Assembly: GCA_013239625.1 (NCBI GenBank)
Contig: MU054026.1
Coordinates: forward strand, 434,001-498,000
DNA length: 64,000 bases
From: Lama guanicoe
Taxonomy: Eukaryota
Direction of reading: 5' to 3'
Shown here piece by piece: positions 1 through 11,219 of the stretch (within the stretch, counting starts at the first letter, position 1; each line of letters opens with the position of its first letter). The notes beneath the pieces are model-generated. The model was not told where the DNA came from. It worked only from the letters and a program-made list of their open reading frames with translations, and searched no databases. The position numbers and the translations under genes are program-made.

Positions 1-109
1 TAGTATAATGCCTAGCTCATTGTGTTTCAAGTTGAGGGAGAGAATGGTTGATTCCCAGTTAACAACATTAATAGAAAAGAAGTTCCTTCACCAACTTTTT
101 TTTCTCCAG

Positions 110-214
110 AAATTTTAATTTATTTATTTTACAAGCCAGATGAAGGCCCATTTAATCTCCCAAAAGATGGGTTTCTGCATAATAGTATCAAGAATTCTAC
201 TCGTCCTCCCCTAA
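110..214 (+). CDS. Candidate internal coding exon (phase 1-1, 105 bp) of an unidentified gene entering from upstream of the window; reads (x)ILIYLFYKPDEGPFNLPKDGFLHNSIKNSTRPPL
   Basis: Pyrimidine tract plus AG acceptor (ttttttttctccAG, AG 108-109); open frame throughout; GT donor TAA|GTAAAT at 215; splices in frame to the exon at 7261. Confidence 0.6.
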
Positions 215-494
215 GTAAATGATCAAACCATTTAGACTGCAGTAGCCTGAGTGTGGAGGGGTTTTCTTGTTTGTTTTTTGTTGTTTTGTTTGTTTGGTTT
301 TTGGTTTTTGTGTGTGTGGTTTTTTTACTGGTTTGGTTTTCTCTTTTTTTTGTATATACCAACTTTTTTTTGTATATACCAACTTTAATTTTAGTTTCAA
401 TTGTCTGGCTCTTTGATCAAACATTTTTTTAAAAAGCTGATCAAAAGAGATCTAAGTTTGACGTTAAAAAAAAAAGCACGCATAACATAAACAG

Positions 495-1012
495 CATACA
501 AAGCTGCATTTCCACCCCTAGGTGTTTACCCAAAAGAAATGAAAATGTGTCCACAGAAGACTTACTCCTAGCATGATTCATAATAACCACAAAGCGGAAC
601 AACTCGAATGCCCATCCGCTGATGAATGGCCAGACAGAATCTGTATTCTCATACAACAGGACACGACTCATCGCTAAAAAGGAACTACTTACATTGCCCC
701 AATATGGATGAACCTCAAAAATACTATGCCAAGTGAAAGATGCCAGACACAGAAAAGACGCTTAGACCACGTGTTGTAAGCTTCCGTGAACCAGAAAAGG
801 TAAATTTTCAGAGGCAGAAAGCAGATCAGAGGCTGCCAGGAGCTGGGGGTGAAAATGGGAATTGAATGTTAAGGGGCACTGAGGGAACTTGATGCAATAA
901 TGGAAATATTCTAAAACGGGATTTTGGTGATGGTTGAACTGCTATATTGACTAAAAACCATAGAATTCTGTTTATGACATTCGGTGTATCTCAATAACAC
1001 CAGTTTTAAAAA
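495..1012 (+). mobile_element. Old L1 (L1M-type) 3' fragment
   Basis: L1 3' motifs: ccacccctaggtgtttacccaaaagaaatgaaa, atggatgaacctcaaaa, tatctcaataa. Confidence 0.8.
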
Positions 1013-1569
1013 GAGATCCGAAGCAACTCGAAGTCTAAGGCCAGGTGACAACGGCTGTCCCATCTCACGGGAACCAGGCAGATGTGGCTTGAGACACCTC
1101 AAAGAGATGCTTTCTCGGCCACGTTCACCCATGCGTGTCCACCTGGACATCACCTCGGTGTCGCCACCTTTGCCTGCCCGGGAGCTGCTGCCCTGTAATG
1201 GGGCCTCCGGTCCCCTGGCAGACGCCTGCTGTCCCGAGCCCTGGGAAACGGACACGGTGCACGTTTCCTGGCTTCCTGCCGGGGCTGGTGGTGGGGCCCC
1301 TCCAGCCCAGGTGCTGCAGGGGGAGGAGAGGCGCCCACGGAGCGGAGCCGTGGGCCCGGGTGCGGGGATGCACGTCTTTAACAGTCAGCCCAGCGCCACA
1401 GGATGCCACGTCCAGGTGCGACAGGAAAGCCAGATCGATGCTCTGAGACTGTTGTAACTCTTCTTCTCGGTGCAGGCGGGGAATTAGTGTCCCATCCCAG
1501 AATACATGCTAGGAATGCCCACTTAACTGCTGCAAGCGGCCACCATCCGCTGCTCAGGAGAGCTTCCAC

Positions 1570-1688
1570 CGTGCCACCAACAGGGTTTCCTTTTCTGCAC
1601 ATCCTTACCAGCAATCATTGTCTCTTGCCTTTTTGTTAAAAGCCATCCTAGCAGGTGTGAAGTGATACCTCATTATGGTTTTGATTCA
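1570..1688 (-). mobile_element. Short L1 ORF2-end fragment
   Basis: ccaccaacag...gccatcctagcaggtgtgaagtgatacctcatt...gttttgatt. Confidence 0.75.
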
Positions 1689-2117
1689 CCTGCACCTCTT
1701 TTAGCTTCACACACTCCTGGGTTGGGTCATTTTCTCCGAGGACCAACAGCTGCACTTGAAAGAGCTCACTGCTTCAACCACCCGCCTTACACCGATCCTA
1801 GGTCACCAGCCTAAACTTTGATTCCCTCAAGGATACATTACTCTGAGGTCCTCACTGTCCTCCCTGTCATTGGGCTTTTAGGAGACACTTGCCCCCATCC
1901 CATAATCCTCCCTTATCTCTGAATCTCAGAGAGGAGTTGCAACAAGGTACTGTTTTTTTAACACAATCCTTTGAGATCCTCATGCAAATTGCTCCGTCTG
2001 CTCTCTCCAAACTTTCCGTGCAGAGACAGGGCTAAGAGAAGACGTCAGCTGCCTAAGTCAAGCCAAAAGTCCCCTCCCTTCTTCTCCACAGGACGCGTTC
2101 CTTCCTGGGGTACATCG

Positions 2118-2378
2118 ATGTAGCACAGTGGTTATAAACATAGGTGCCCGAGCCAGAGTGCCTACATTCTAACTCCAGGCTTGCTCATGTCTTGCCTGGA
2201 GGACACTGAGAAAGTTATTTAACTTCTCTATAACACAGTTTAATTTTCTTTTCTTAAAAAATGGGACAATAATAGAATTTCCCTCATAAGGTTGTGAGGT
2301 TTAAATAAATTATTCCATGTAAAGGGCATGTAACAATGCTTATACTAAGCATTATGAAACAGTTCTCTATTATTAATT
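2118..2378 (+). mobile_element. MIR SINE
   Basis: gtagcacagtggtt head; core aaaatgggacaataatag...gttgtgagg.ttaaat; tail ctattatta. Confidence 0.75.
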
Positions 2379-2404
2379 TTTTTTGAAAGTGGATAAGAAG
2401 GAGA

Positions 2405-3400
2405 CATTTATTCAAGTACTGATTTAATGAGCATTTATTGTGTGCTTTGCACTGAGGGTACAGTGGTGAATAGGACAGACATAGTTTCTACCTGCATGGG
2501 TCTTATAAGTTAATGAGAGAGTCAGACAATAGCCAAGCATATAAGCAATTAAATGAATACTTATAAAGTGTAATAAATGTGTTGAAAGCAATAACTGTGC
2601 AGTGAAGGAGGATATGAGAGTAACTTAATTTGGGTATGTAGTCACCAAGGAAAAGTTCTCTGAGGAGTTGGTACTTCAGCCAAGAACAGATGGGTCAGAG
2701 GATCTATCCGTGACACAGTAGGGAGTCTGGGTGACAGAGGAGCACTTCAGTCAGAGAAACAGCAGGTGCAAGGACCTCGAACCAGGAAGAACGTTGCCTT
2801 GTGCTGGAGACTGAAAGAAGCTGGCTTGTCTAGAACCTGTGAGCAAGGTGAGCCATCGAAAGATCAAAAGTGTAAAGGAACATCAGTAAAAACTTTTAAG
2901 GAGGGAACCAAAATAATACAAGTTATTCAATTGTCACTCTTGTGTAGAAAATGGACCTTTAGGGGAAATTCAGGAACATCTACAGTAATCTAGGAAACAG
3001 TTATGCGGGCTTAGATTGAGGTTTTAAAAGTGAATGTGGGGTCAAACGAACGCATTTGAAGGATGGTTTGGAAGATGGATGGATGGGACTTGCCGATAGA
3101 TTGGGAGGGAGGAAGAGAGGGATGAAGAATGACTCGGGTTTCTTAATGGAGTGAACTGTAGGGATGCGTATAGTAATTAAGTGCAGGTGACAGAAGAAGA
3201 AATGGGACTTTGGTGGGGGAGTTATGGGGGTGAATTTTCTGTTTAGTTTGGACACTTTGAGACAGCTGTGAGACACTGGGCTGGGGCTGTCAATTGAAGA
3301 CATAGCTTCAGTATGAGTCACAGCTTCAGAAAAGGATTTGGGAAACATAATTTGGGAGTTGTCTGTTATGAGATGGTATTTAAAGAATAAAAATTGATGA
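2405..3400 (-). mobile_element. L2 LINE fragment (probably continues at about 4870-5640 and 6455-6790)
   Basis: Reverse L2 3' end (catttattca...tgagcatttattgtgtg...cagtggtgaataggacagac) followed by purine-rich degenerate body. Confidence 0.7.
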
Positions 3401-3402
3401 AG

Positions 3403-4862
3403 TGCAAGTAACCCAAAATGTCCAGAACATTTCGAAAAAGAACAAATTTAGAAAGTGGGGGAGGGTATGGCTCAGTGGTGGAGTGAGTGCTTAGCAAGCA
3501 CGAGGTCCTGGGTTCAATCCCCAGTCCCTCCATTTAAATAAATAAATAAACCTAATTCCTCTCCCACAAACATTTTTTTAAGAAATTAGAAGACAGAAAC
3601 TTTGTGGTTTCAAAACTTACTACAAAGTTACAGTAGTCAAGATAATGTGGTATTGGCATGAGGGTAGGCACAGAGATCAACAGAATATAATTGAGAATTC
3701 AGGAATAATTTATAGTCAGTTGGTTTTTGAAGAGTGCTAAGAAAATTGAATGGCATGGAGTGGGGACGGGAGGGAGAATAGTCTTCAGCAAATGATGCTG
3801 TGACAACTGGAGAGCCATATGCAAAAGGATGAAGTTGTAACTAACTCACACTATACACAAACATTAATTCAAAATGCATCATTGACCTCAATGTAAGAGC
3901 TAACCCTTGTGACCTTGGACTAAGCAGTGGCTTTTTATATGAACCAAACCCACATGCAACCAAAGAAAAAAATAGATAAATTGAACTTTATCAAAATTAA
4001 AACCTTTTGTGCTTGAAAGTACACCATGAAGGCAGTGAAAAGATAACTCACTGAAACGGGGAACGTATTTGCAAATCGTATATTTGATGATGGTCTTGTA
4101 TCTAGTATATATAAAGAACACTTACAATTTAACAATAAAATGACAATTGAAAAATGGGCATTTTTAGTCAGTGAGAAGATGCCACTTCATACCCACTAGG
4201 AAAGCTATAATAATAATAATTTAAAAAAAGATAGACAATAACAGTTGTTGATGGGGATGTAGAAAGATTGGAATTGCTGGTGTGGTTGTAAAATGTTTCA
4301 ACCTGCTCTGGAAAACAGTTCAGCACTTTCTCAAAATGTTAAACACACAGTTGCCATATGACCTGGCAATTCTTCTCCTAGATATATCCAAGAGAAGTGA
4401 AAACATATGTCCACACAAAAATTTGTACACAAATGTTCATAGCAGCATTATTTCTGATAGCCAAAAAGTTGAAACAACTCATACCCACAAACGGATGTAT
4501 GAATAATTCATTGTGATATGTAACATAATGGAAATTATTCATCAATAAAAGGGAATGAAGTTCTGATACATGTTACATCAGATGAGCCTTGGAACATGCT
4601 AAGTAAAAGAAGCCAGCTAGAAAAAGACCATGTATTATATGGTTCCATTTATATGAAATATTCAAACCTATAAAGACAGAAAATGAATTGCCAAGGGTGG
4701 GGGGAGGTGGCTGCCCAGGGATGGGGGAAGGAGGGGATGAGGAGTGAGTGCTTAATGAGTGGACATTTCTTTTAATATTCCAAAACTATGTAGTGGCCCT
4801 GGTGGGACAGCTCTGTGAGTGTTACGGTATGTGAATTACTTCTCAATAGAGCTGTTATTAAA
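3403..4862 (+). mobile_element. Old L1 ORF2 end and 3'UTR fragment, interrupted by a SINE
   Basis: aaaacttactacaaag.tacagta.tcaaga, ccatatgacctggcaatt, tacacaaatgttcatagcagcatta, tctcaatagagctgtta. Confidence 0.85.
3457..3580 (+). mobile_element. tRNA-derived SINE (camelid Vic-1-like)
   Basis: ggggagggtatggctcagtggtggag (A box)...gggttcaatccccag (B box)...aaataaataaataaacctaatt tail. Confidence 0.9.
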
Positions 4863-5644
4863 AAGTTGGTGAGATTATGTAGGGAGAAAATATTTTTAAA
4901 AAGATAACAGAGGGTGGGTACCTAAGACTGACATGTGAGAAACGTCTGTGTTTGGAGGTTGAATGGGGCGGAAGGAGCAGGCGAAAGAGACAGATGAAAT
5001 GGCCAGAGAAGTAGGAGAGCACGTGGGTGTGTACATACAAGCCAATTAGCAGAGTGACTCAAAACCCAAGCGGTGGTCAACAAGAATGTTAGAGACAAGG
5101 ACGTGGAATGAGAAAATGGCCATTGTGTTTGGTAAAGTAGCATTATCTCCATTTCCTGTCAGCCTGCGTTTCTTGGAAGCAGGTGGATAAGATCATCAAT
5201 TTGTGCGGAACAGCAGAAGCAGAGCGGGCTGGAGTGGGTTGTAGAGTGAACGGTACGTGCAGAACTGGAGACAATCATCACCGGCAACGCTCTCCTGACT
5301 ATTAAAGGAGCAGATGCATGAGGCGACAGAGAAGATGCTGGGTAAACGGATTTTCTAACATAGATGATAATGGAGCCTTAAGATGATGGGGACATTTCAC
5401 AAGGAAGACTGTTTATGCAAAGGAGGGTGGAGTGAAATCTCCAAGAAGGTGAGAAAACATCATCCCAGAGACAGGAGACATTTGTAAGAGGAGGGGGGAA
5501 GAAGCCATGACAAGGCTGATAAATTTGGTGGATTTTTTATTTGCATTTTTATTTTTTCAGTCGAATAGGTTATTATTTGAGAGGGATGGAAAACAGTCTA
5601 GGAGGTTTGAAGGGAGAGATTATAAAGTGAAATGATTGCCACAA

Positions 5645-6445
5645 TGAGGTTAGTTATCCTATCCAGCACCTCACATGGTTACAATCATGTGTGTGTGTGT
5701 GTGATGAGGATTTTTAACATCTACTCTCTTAGCAAATTTCAGATATACAATACAGTATGGTGAACCGTGGTCACCGTGTGCATTCCCAGAGCTCATTCAT
5801 CTTATAACTGGAAGTTTGCGTCCTTCAATCATTTTCACCCACTCCCCTTTCTCTGGCAACCACCACCCATCTACTCCCTATCTCCACGAGTTCATTTTTT
5901 GTAGATTCTGCATGTAAGGATAACCATACAATATTTGGCTTTCTGCATCTTCTTTCACTTGCTTAATGCCCTCAAGGTCCATCCATGTTGTTACAAAAGG
6001 CAAAATCCCTTATTTATAGCTAAATAATATTCCACTGTGTGTGTGCGCGCGTGCGCGCGCGTGTGTGTGTGACATATCACATTTTTTCATACATTCATCC
6101 ATCCATGGACACAGTTTGTTTCCATTTCTTGGCTACCAGATAGTAGTTTCATCTGCCTTGGACATATACCCAAAGTAGCATTGCTAGATCAAATGGTATT
6201 TCTACTTTTTAATTTGTTAAGGAAGCTCTCTAATGTTTTCCATAGTGATTGTACCAATTTACAGCCCTACCAACAGTGTATGAGGGTCCCCTTTTCTCCA
6301 CCTTCTCGCCAACACTTATCTCTTGTCCATTTGATAATGAGCATTCTGACAGGTGCGAGGTGATATCTCATTGTGATTTTGATTTGCATTTCCCTGATGA
6401 TTAGTGATGCAGACCATCTTTTTTCACGTACCTGTTGTTGGCCTG
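5645..6445 (-). mobile_element. L1 3' fragment
   Basis: atccatgttgtt, taatattccactgtgtgtg, ttccatagtgattgtaccaattta, gatttgcatttccctgatgattagtga. Confidence 0.85.
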
Positions 6446-7260
6446 TTATCTAAGCTCCTCAAAGAGTAATACGGGAGAGTGGGTAGATTGTGAAAGTTGT
6501 GAAGTCAATGCATTGGAGGTCCCTCAGAGATTTTAAATGTTCTAGTGGGCGTGGGTAAGCGGGTGAGCTAGAAGGGTAAGAGATAATATTTATGGACTGG
6601 GATGGTTGAAGCCTATATTTTAGAGGCAATGGACTTTTGGGTGTTGACATTTCCTGTGCAGGATGGAGCAGTGTGAGTGCATAGCTAAGAAAGCATTGAG
6701 GAAAAAAGAATAAAAATTGTTCAATTGAGAGGCCTGGGCATTGGAATGGACTGTGTGCATATGGGAAGCAGTGAGAATGATGGCCGCCTTAAGCTACTAA
6801 TGATGGAGGAGGCCTGCTGTCTCAAAATCTACTTAATGGTGGACCCCAAAGGGGCCTGAACAGAGAGCCACGTACAGCATCTTTGTCTAAAGAAAACTGG
6901 TGTCGCCATTTGCACATTGGAAATACTGTTTGGTGGTTACATCTACGTGTGTACCAAGGGTCTTTTGTGCAGTCTCACTGAAGACTTAGAAAATCTTGAA
7001 GGCTTTCTTTCTGGGATGTTTTTAATAATCCCTGTCTGAAAAAGGACACCATTATTCTGTGATCCTCTCTAGTTCTATATTTTTCCAATTCATTCATTTG
7101 ACAGATTTTTAGTCCTTGCATTGCATCCTCTGCGGGGAATGTGTTAGCAGTGCACGTTCAGGTGAAAAAGACACACACAGTGTGCTGTCATAGAGCTCCT
7201 GGTAGGATAAGTTGTACAGTGGTGCACCGTGTAATGAGTTACTCTTTTTTTTTTGATCAG

Positions 7261-7313
7261 TTACTATTTATCATTCACATGATTCTGCTGTGTTGGTTAA
7301 GTTTGAGGTTTGA
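7261..7313 (+). CDS. Candidate last coding segment (I)TIYHSHDSAVLVKFEV* within exon 7261-7354
   Basis: Acceptor tttttttttgatcAG at 7259-7260; phase matches the 110-214 exon (A|TT = Ile); TGA at 7311-7313; consensus donor AAG|GTAAGT at 7355. Confidence 0.6.
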
Positions 7314-7480
7314 GCATCCGTCGATGCTTCACTCCTCATCATTAGGAACTGAAGGTAAGTAGAACTTTCTGGAAGTGTTGCCATCACCATGCCTGGCCGT
7401 ATTCAGTATACAGATTACTTTTGTAGTTATTTTTTTTTCTCATTGTTTGGTTTGATTTGTGTGATTTCTTTGCCTTACAG

Positions 7481-8045
7481 ACTTTGACATTTTCCTGGAA
7501 AACAGTGAACAATGAACGCCTTGGGGTGACAAACCTCATGATGGTCTTGTCCTGGGTTATGTGTCACTAGAGGTTGCAGAATTGAAAGATTTTCCAAATC
7601 TGGTGCCAGGAACTTATTGCTGGAACTGCTTTCCCTGATTCAATGAAATCAGCCTCGCTGAGCGCATCTCCGCGTTCTCCTCCAGGTGGGACGAGTTGCT
7701 TAGGATTGTGGAAACACAGATTCGTTCAGTTTGGCACATGGGACAGTCTGAAAGCTGCCTTTGATGGTTAAAAATCCCGTTGTCTTTTTCAGCCATTTAA
7801 AATTTTACTTCAGCCTTCTCATTGTTCACATGTTCAACCAGGGAAGCCGACCCTTTTCAGTATTTCAGTCAATCAAATATCAGCTCGGTTCAAGGTTAAA
7901 GCCAATCCAATTTTTTTGGCACATACTACAGAATCAAGCTTAGCGATGCAATACAATCTGTGGTTCATTCAACTTCTTTCATGACCTCATTTTGCAACCC
8001 CACTCCTGGGCTCTCTAATAAAAAGCAAGCAAGTTGTAAATATGT
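7481..8045 (+). other. Candidate terminal non-coding (3'UTR) exon
   Basis: Acceptor tttctttgccttacAG ending 7480 after a 126-bp GT-AG intron; AATAAA at 8017-8022 followed by GT/T-rich sequence. 3' end approximate. Confidence 0.5.
8017..8022 (+). terminator. Candidate polyadenylation signal AATAAA
   Basis: Canonical hexamer about 540 bp into the putative last exon, with a downstream GT-rich element (tgtgcctgtgt near 8065). Confidence 0.4.
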
Positions 8046-9139
8046 TTATACATATGTTACCTTTGTGCCTGTGTCCTAAATCTCCTTTGGACTTCAAAAA
8101 AATGTTTACATTGCTTTTGGGGGGGATATTTTTGATAAAGAAGGCCATCCTCTCAGCCTCCGCATTCTTACCACTTTCCTAAAGTTAACTCTCAGAATTC
8201 CCCCCTCTACATATCTCTGCTTAGTTGAGAATACTTAATGGTGATTAAAAATGAATGTTGACGTTGAAATTTATCATGCTACTACAGCATTTCCACAGAT
8301 CTTCCCACAGAACTTATCTTGACCTTATCAGTGGGATTTTAAATTTTGAAAGTTACAAGCAACTTGAATCTGGAGAATAAATTAAGCACCGGGCTAAATA
8401 ATTTTGCTCATATTTCTTACAGTTGTGAATCTTCAATCTCTTTGCACATTAATTGACCTTTCCACCGTTTTCCATGAAATGCAGGGCAGAATGATTATTG
8501 TTAGTGAAAATCCTTTTAAAGCACTTTTTTCTTTTTATAAGGTTTTTATACAATGGCAAGTGATTTTAAGAAGCTAACAAATTCATCTTTTATGACCCAT
8601 AATTGCGATGCTTGAAATCATAAAAATGACTAGAAATCATGGAGTCCAAACTGTGTGTTTTATGGAAGAAACTGAAGCCCAGTGAGATGAACTGAGTGCT
8701 CCGAGTCACAGGGGAATTTGCGTGAGTCTGAGACCATGTGTTGGCTTCCCCATTCCCCAACCAGCTCCTGGTCCCGAGTGGTGCAGGCCCTCCCCTCGGC
8801 TGGTCGGTTCCCTGATGATGGATGAAGATTCCGCTTCCTCATCCATAAAATAAAGGGATTGAGTTAAACTCTAAGGTTTTAGCCTGGCTCGAAAACAAGT
8901 TGACTGAAGTCTCCAAATTTAATAAGAAATAATATCAGGGGTTACTGGCTGGGATGACACAAGCCTGGTGCTGTGTGTGGATCTGCAGTCCCAACCTTGC
9001 AGGCCCAACCCCAGACCACAGCCTCTTGGCCTGAAGGAAATCTGACTGGAGGAGGAGAAATAAAAGGCAAATGAGAGAAAGGGAAGGAGAGGAGAAGGGA
9101 GGGAGGGAAGGGAAAGGGAGAAAATATGAGAAAGAGAGA

Positions 9140-9278
9140 GAATCATTTGAACCCCTGGATTTATCTATGCCAGAAGTGTCTTCCCAGTTACTTGAAGCCA
9201 TGAATCATGCCTTTTTTGCTTAAGCTAATTTGAATTGGTTTTCTGTCTCCTTTATCTGAGAGACTCCTGACTAATGTA
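9140..9278 (+). mobile_element. MLT1-type (ERVL-MaLR) LTR 3' fragment
   Basis: tttgaacccctggat...tttttgcttaagctaatttgaattggttttctgtc...ctgactaat. Confidence 0.6.
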
Positions 9279-10099
9279 ATTATACCCAATATAGGGGAAT
9301 TGAAACTGGGTCAGGAAAACAGCTTCAAAAAAAAAAAATCTCAAGAATAGTGGACAATATTATTAGACGTGATCTATAGTTATTTCCACTTACTTGTTCA
9401 TTTGCTGAGCACTTTCCAGCTGCAAAGGACCCTAACCTGTGGGAATTAATCTGAGAATAGGAAAAAAAAAATGAAGAACAGAACGCGATGAGACCAATAC
9501 CCTAACCTCAAGACACGTGGTCTACAGAAGGGGGAAGATGATGTCAACTGGGGGACCTGGGGAAGGCCCCCTAGAGAAGGTGAGGACCCACAGGGACACA
9601 GAGCTTCCAAATGATTTGGGCTGAAAGAAATTTGGTTGAAATGAAAATCGGTGAAAATAAAACAAAGCAAAACAAAACCCTTTGGCTGGGATGTTCTAGT
9701 ATCAGTGACTGAGACGCACTATGGGGTAGTCTGATGACTGTTAAAAGGGGCTTTTAGCATTTTCTTTCTGCTCAGAATTTGAGTAGTTTTCTTCTTTTTT
9801 GCTTTTAAAATGTTTCTTACAAAGTGCTGTTTATAATGGAGAAAAACTGGTATGATAGGGTTGTCTAACAACTGATGGGTTTTAAATAAATTTAATAGGT
9901 CACAGAAAATACTGAATTTCATGTTTTGAAGAAAATAATACAGGTGCATATTGAATAATCTAAAAGGAGATACTCATCAGTGTATTATCAGCAAGTGACT
10001 CTGGGTGGGTGGGCATCTTGGCTATTCTTTATATTATTTTGCTTGTCTGCATTTTCTGATATTCTTGTAATGATCATGTAAGCTCAGGGTTTGGTTTTG

Positions 10100-10560
10100 T
10101 TTAATTGAAGTATAGTCAGTTTACAATGCTGTTCTAATTTCTTGTGTACAGCATAGTGATTCAGAGAGAGAGAGAGAGAGATACACACACACACACACAT
10201 ATATATATATACATACACACATATATATATCTTTTCACATTCTTTTTATTATAGGTTATTACAAGATACTGAATATAGTTATCTGTGCTATACAACTAGG
10301 ACTTTGTTGTTTATCTCTTTTATACCCAGTAGTTAGTATCTACAAGTCCTGAATTCCCATTTATCCCTCCACCCTGACCCTTGGTAACCATAAGTTTGCC
10401 TTTTATGTCTGAGTCTGTTTCTGTTTTGTAAATAAGTTCATTTGTGTCATTTCTTTTAGATTCCATATATAAGTGATACCGTATGGTATTTTTTCATTCT
10501 CTTTCTGGCTTACTTCACTTGATACGACAATCTTCAAGTCCATCCATGTTGCTGCAAATG
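10100..10560 (-). mobile_element. Lineage-specific L1 3' end with internal (GA)n/(CA)n/(TA)n microsatellite
   Basis: ttaattgaagtatagtcagtttacaatg terminus; ggtaaccataagtttg; catccatgttgctgcaaatg. Confidence 0.85.
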
Positions 10561-10664
10561 TATCCTCATGTTTTCCATAAGAAAATTATGAGAAACATAA
10601 GCGTTAAAAAATATAAAGTATAAAATGGAAGAAAATTGACCACAACCAACATAGCAAGTAGGAA

Positions 10665-11219
10665 TGAAACTGAGCAGGTCCCTGTGGGGCCCTCCTCAAT
10701 GGAGAAGCCTTTCTATGTCCCCTACTTCTTGTTTGTAGGAAATAGGCTTCTTTCCGAACTTTCTGAAGACCAAAGGGCAGATGCAAGCAGTTGCTAATCA
10801 AGGAAGTAAGGGAATGCAGAAGCAATCAAGAAACAGTAGTGATTAAAGCAGGGTCCCAGGTTTCTACTCAAGAAATATACATAAATAATACCTTTCTTCT
10901 ACAGGAACTAAGGCCCCCACCTAGGGGGAGGGCTGTACCTTTAGGCTGAGCACAGGATTCCTGCACCACCCTGGCACCTCACCACCAACCAATTAGAAGA
11001 AAATCTACACACACTGGATGATTCTGATCCCCTCCTCAAATGATTCTCTCTTTAAAATTTCCATGGTCAAGCAAAATCTTTGGAGTTTGTTTTTGGACGT
11101 GAGCCTGCCTTCTCCCCAGGCTGCTGATCTGAATAAAGCAACCTTTCCTTTCCAACCAACGCTTGCCTTTCGAGCATTGGCCTTCAAGGTGAGAGCAGCT
11201 GAATCTGAGTTTGGTAACA
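10665..11219 (+). mobile_element. Solo LTR, ERV1-like
   Basis: TG...CA termini (tgaaactgagcagg ... tttggtaaca); exact 4-bp TSD GGAA; AATAAA at about 11132. Confidence 0.9.

Larger units (their letters stand above)
262..1690 (-). other. Candidate retroposed (processed or transduced) segment: degenerate poly(A) tail, ATTAAA, old L1 fragment, GC/CpG-rich unique DNA and a short L1 piece
   Basis: T-rich tract 262-373 (A-tail on minus); minus-strand ATTAAA at about 384-389 just upstream of the tail; abrupt CpG-rich composition 1020-1570. No clear TSD found. Confidence 0.4.

Noticed and set aside
984..1457. 157-aa ORF and overlapping ORFs on both strands
   Set aside because: GC-rich, stop-poor DNA; starts inside an L1 fragment; no recognisable protein.
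3457..3535. tRNA-like sequences (also at 23637, 26022, 41775 and 55921)
   Set aside because: Diverged, with A-rich tails and TSDs: SINEs, not tRNA genes.
7141..7362. 73-aa ORF overlapping the candidate exon
   Set aside because: Runs through the acceptor tract and donor in a frame incompatible with the upstream exon.
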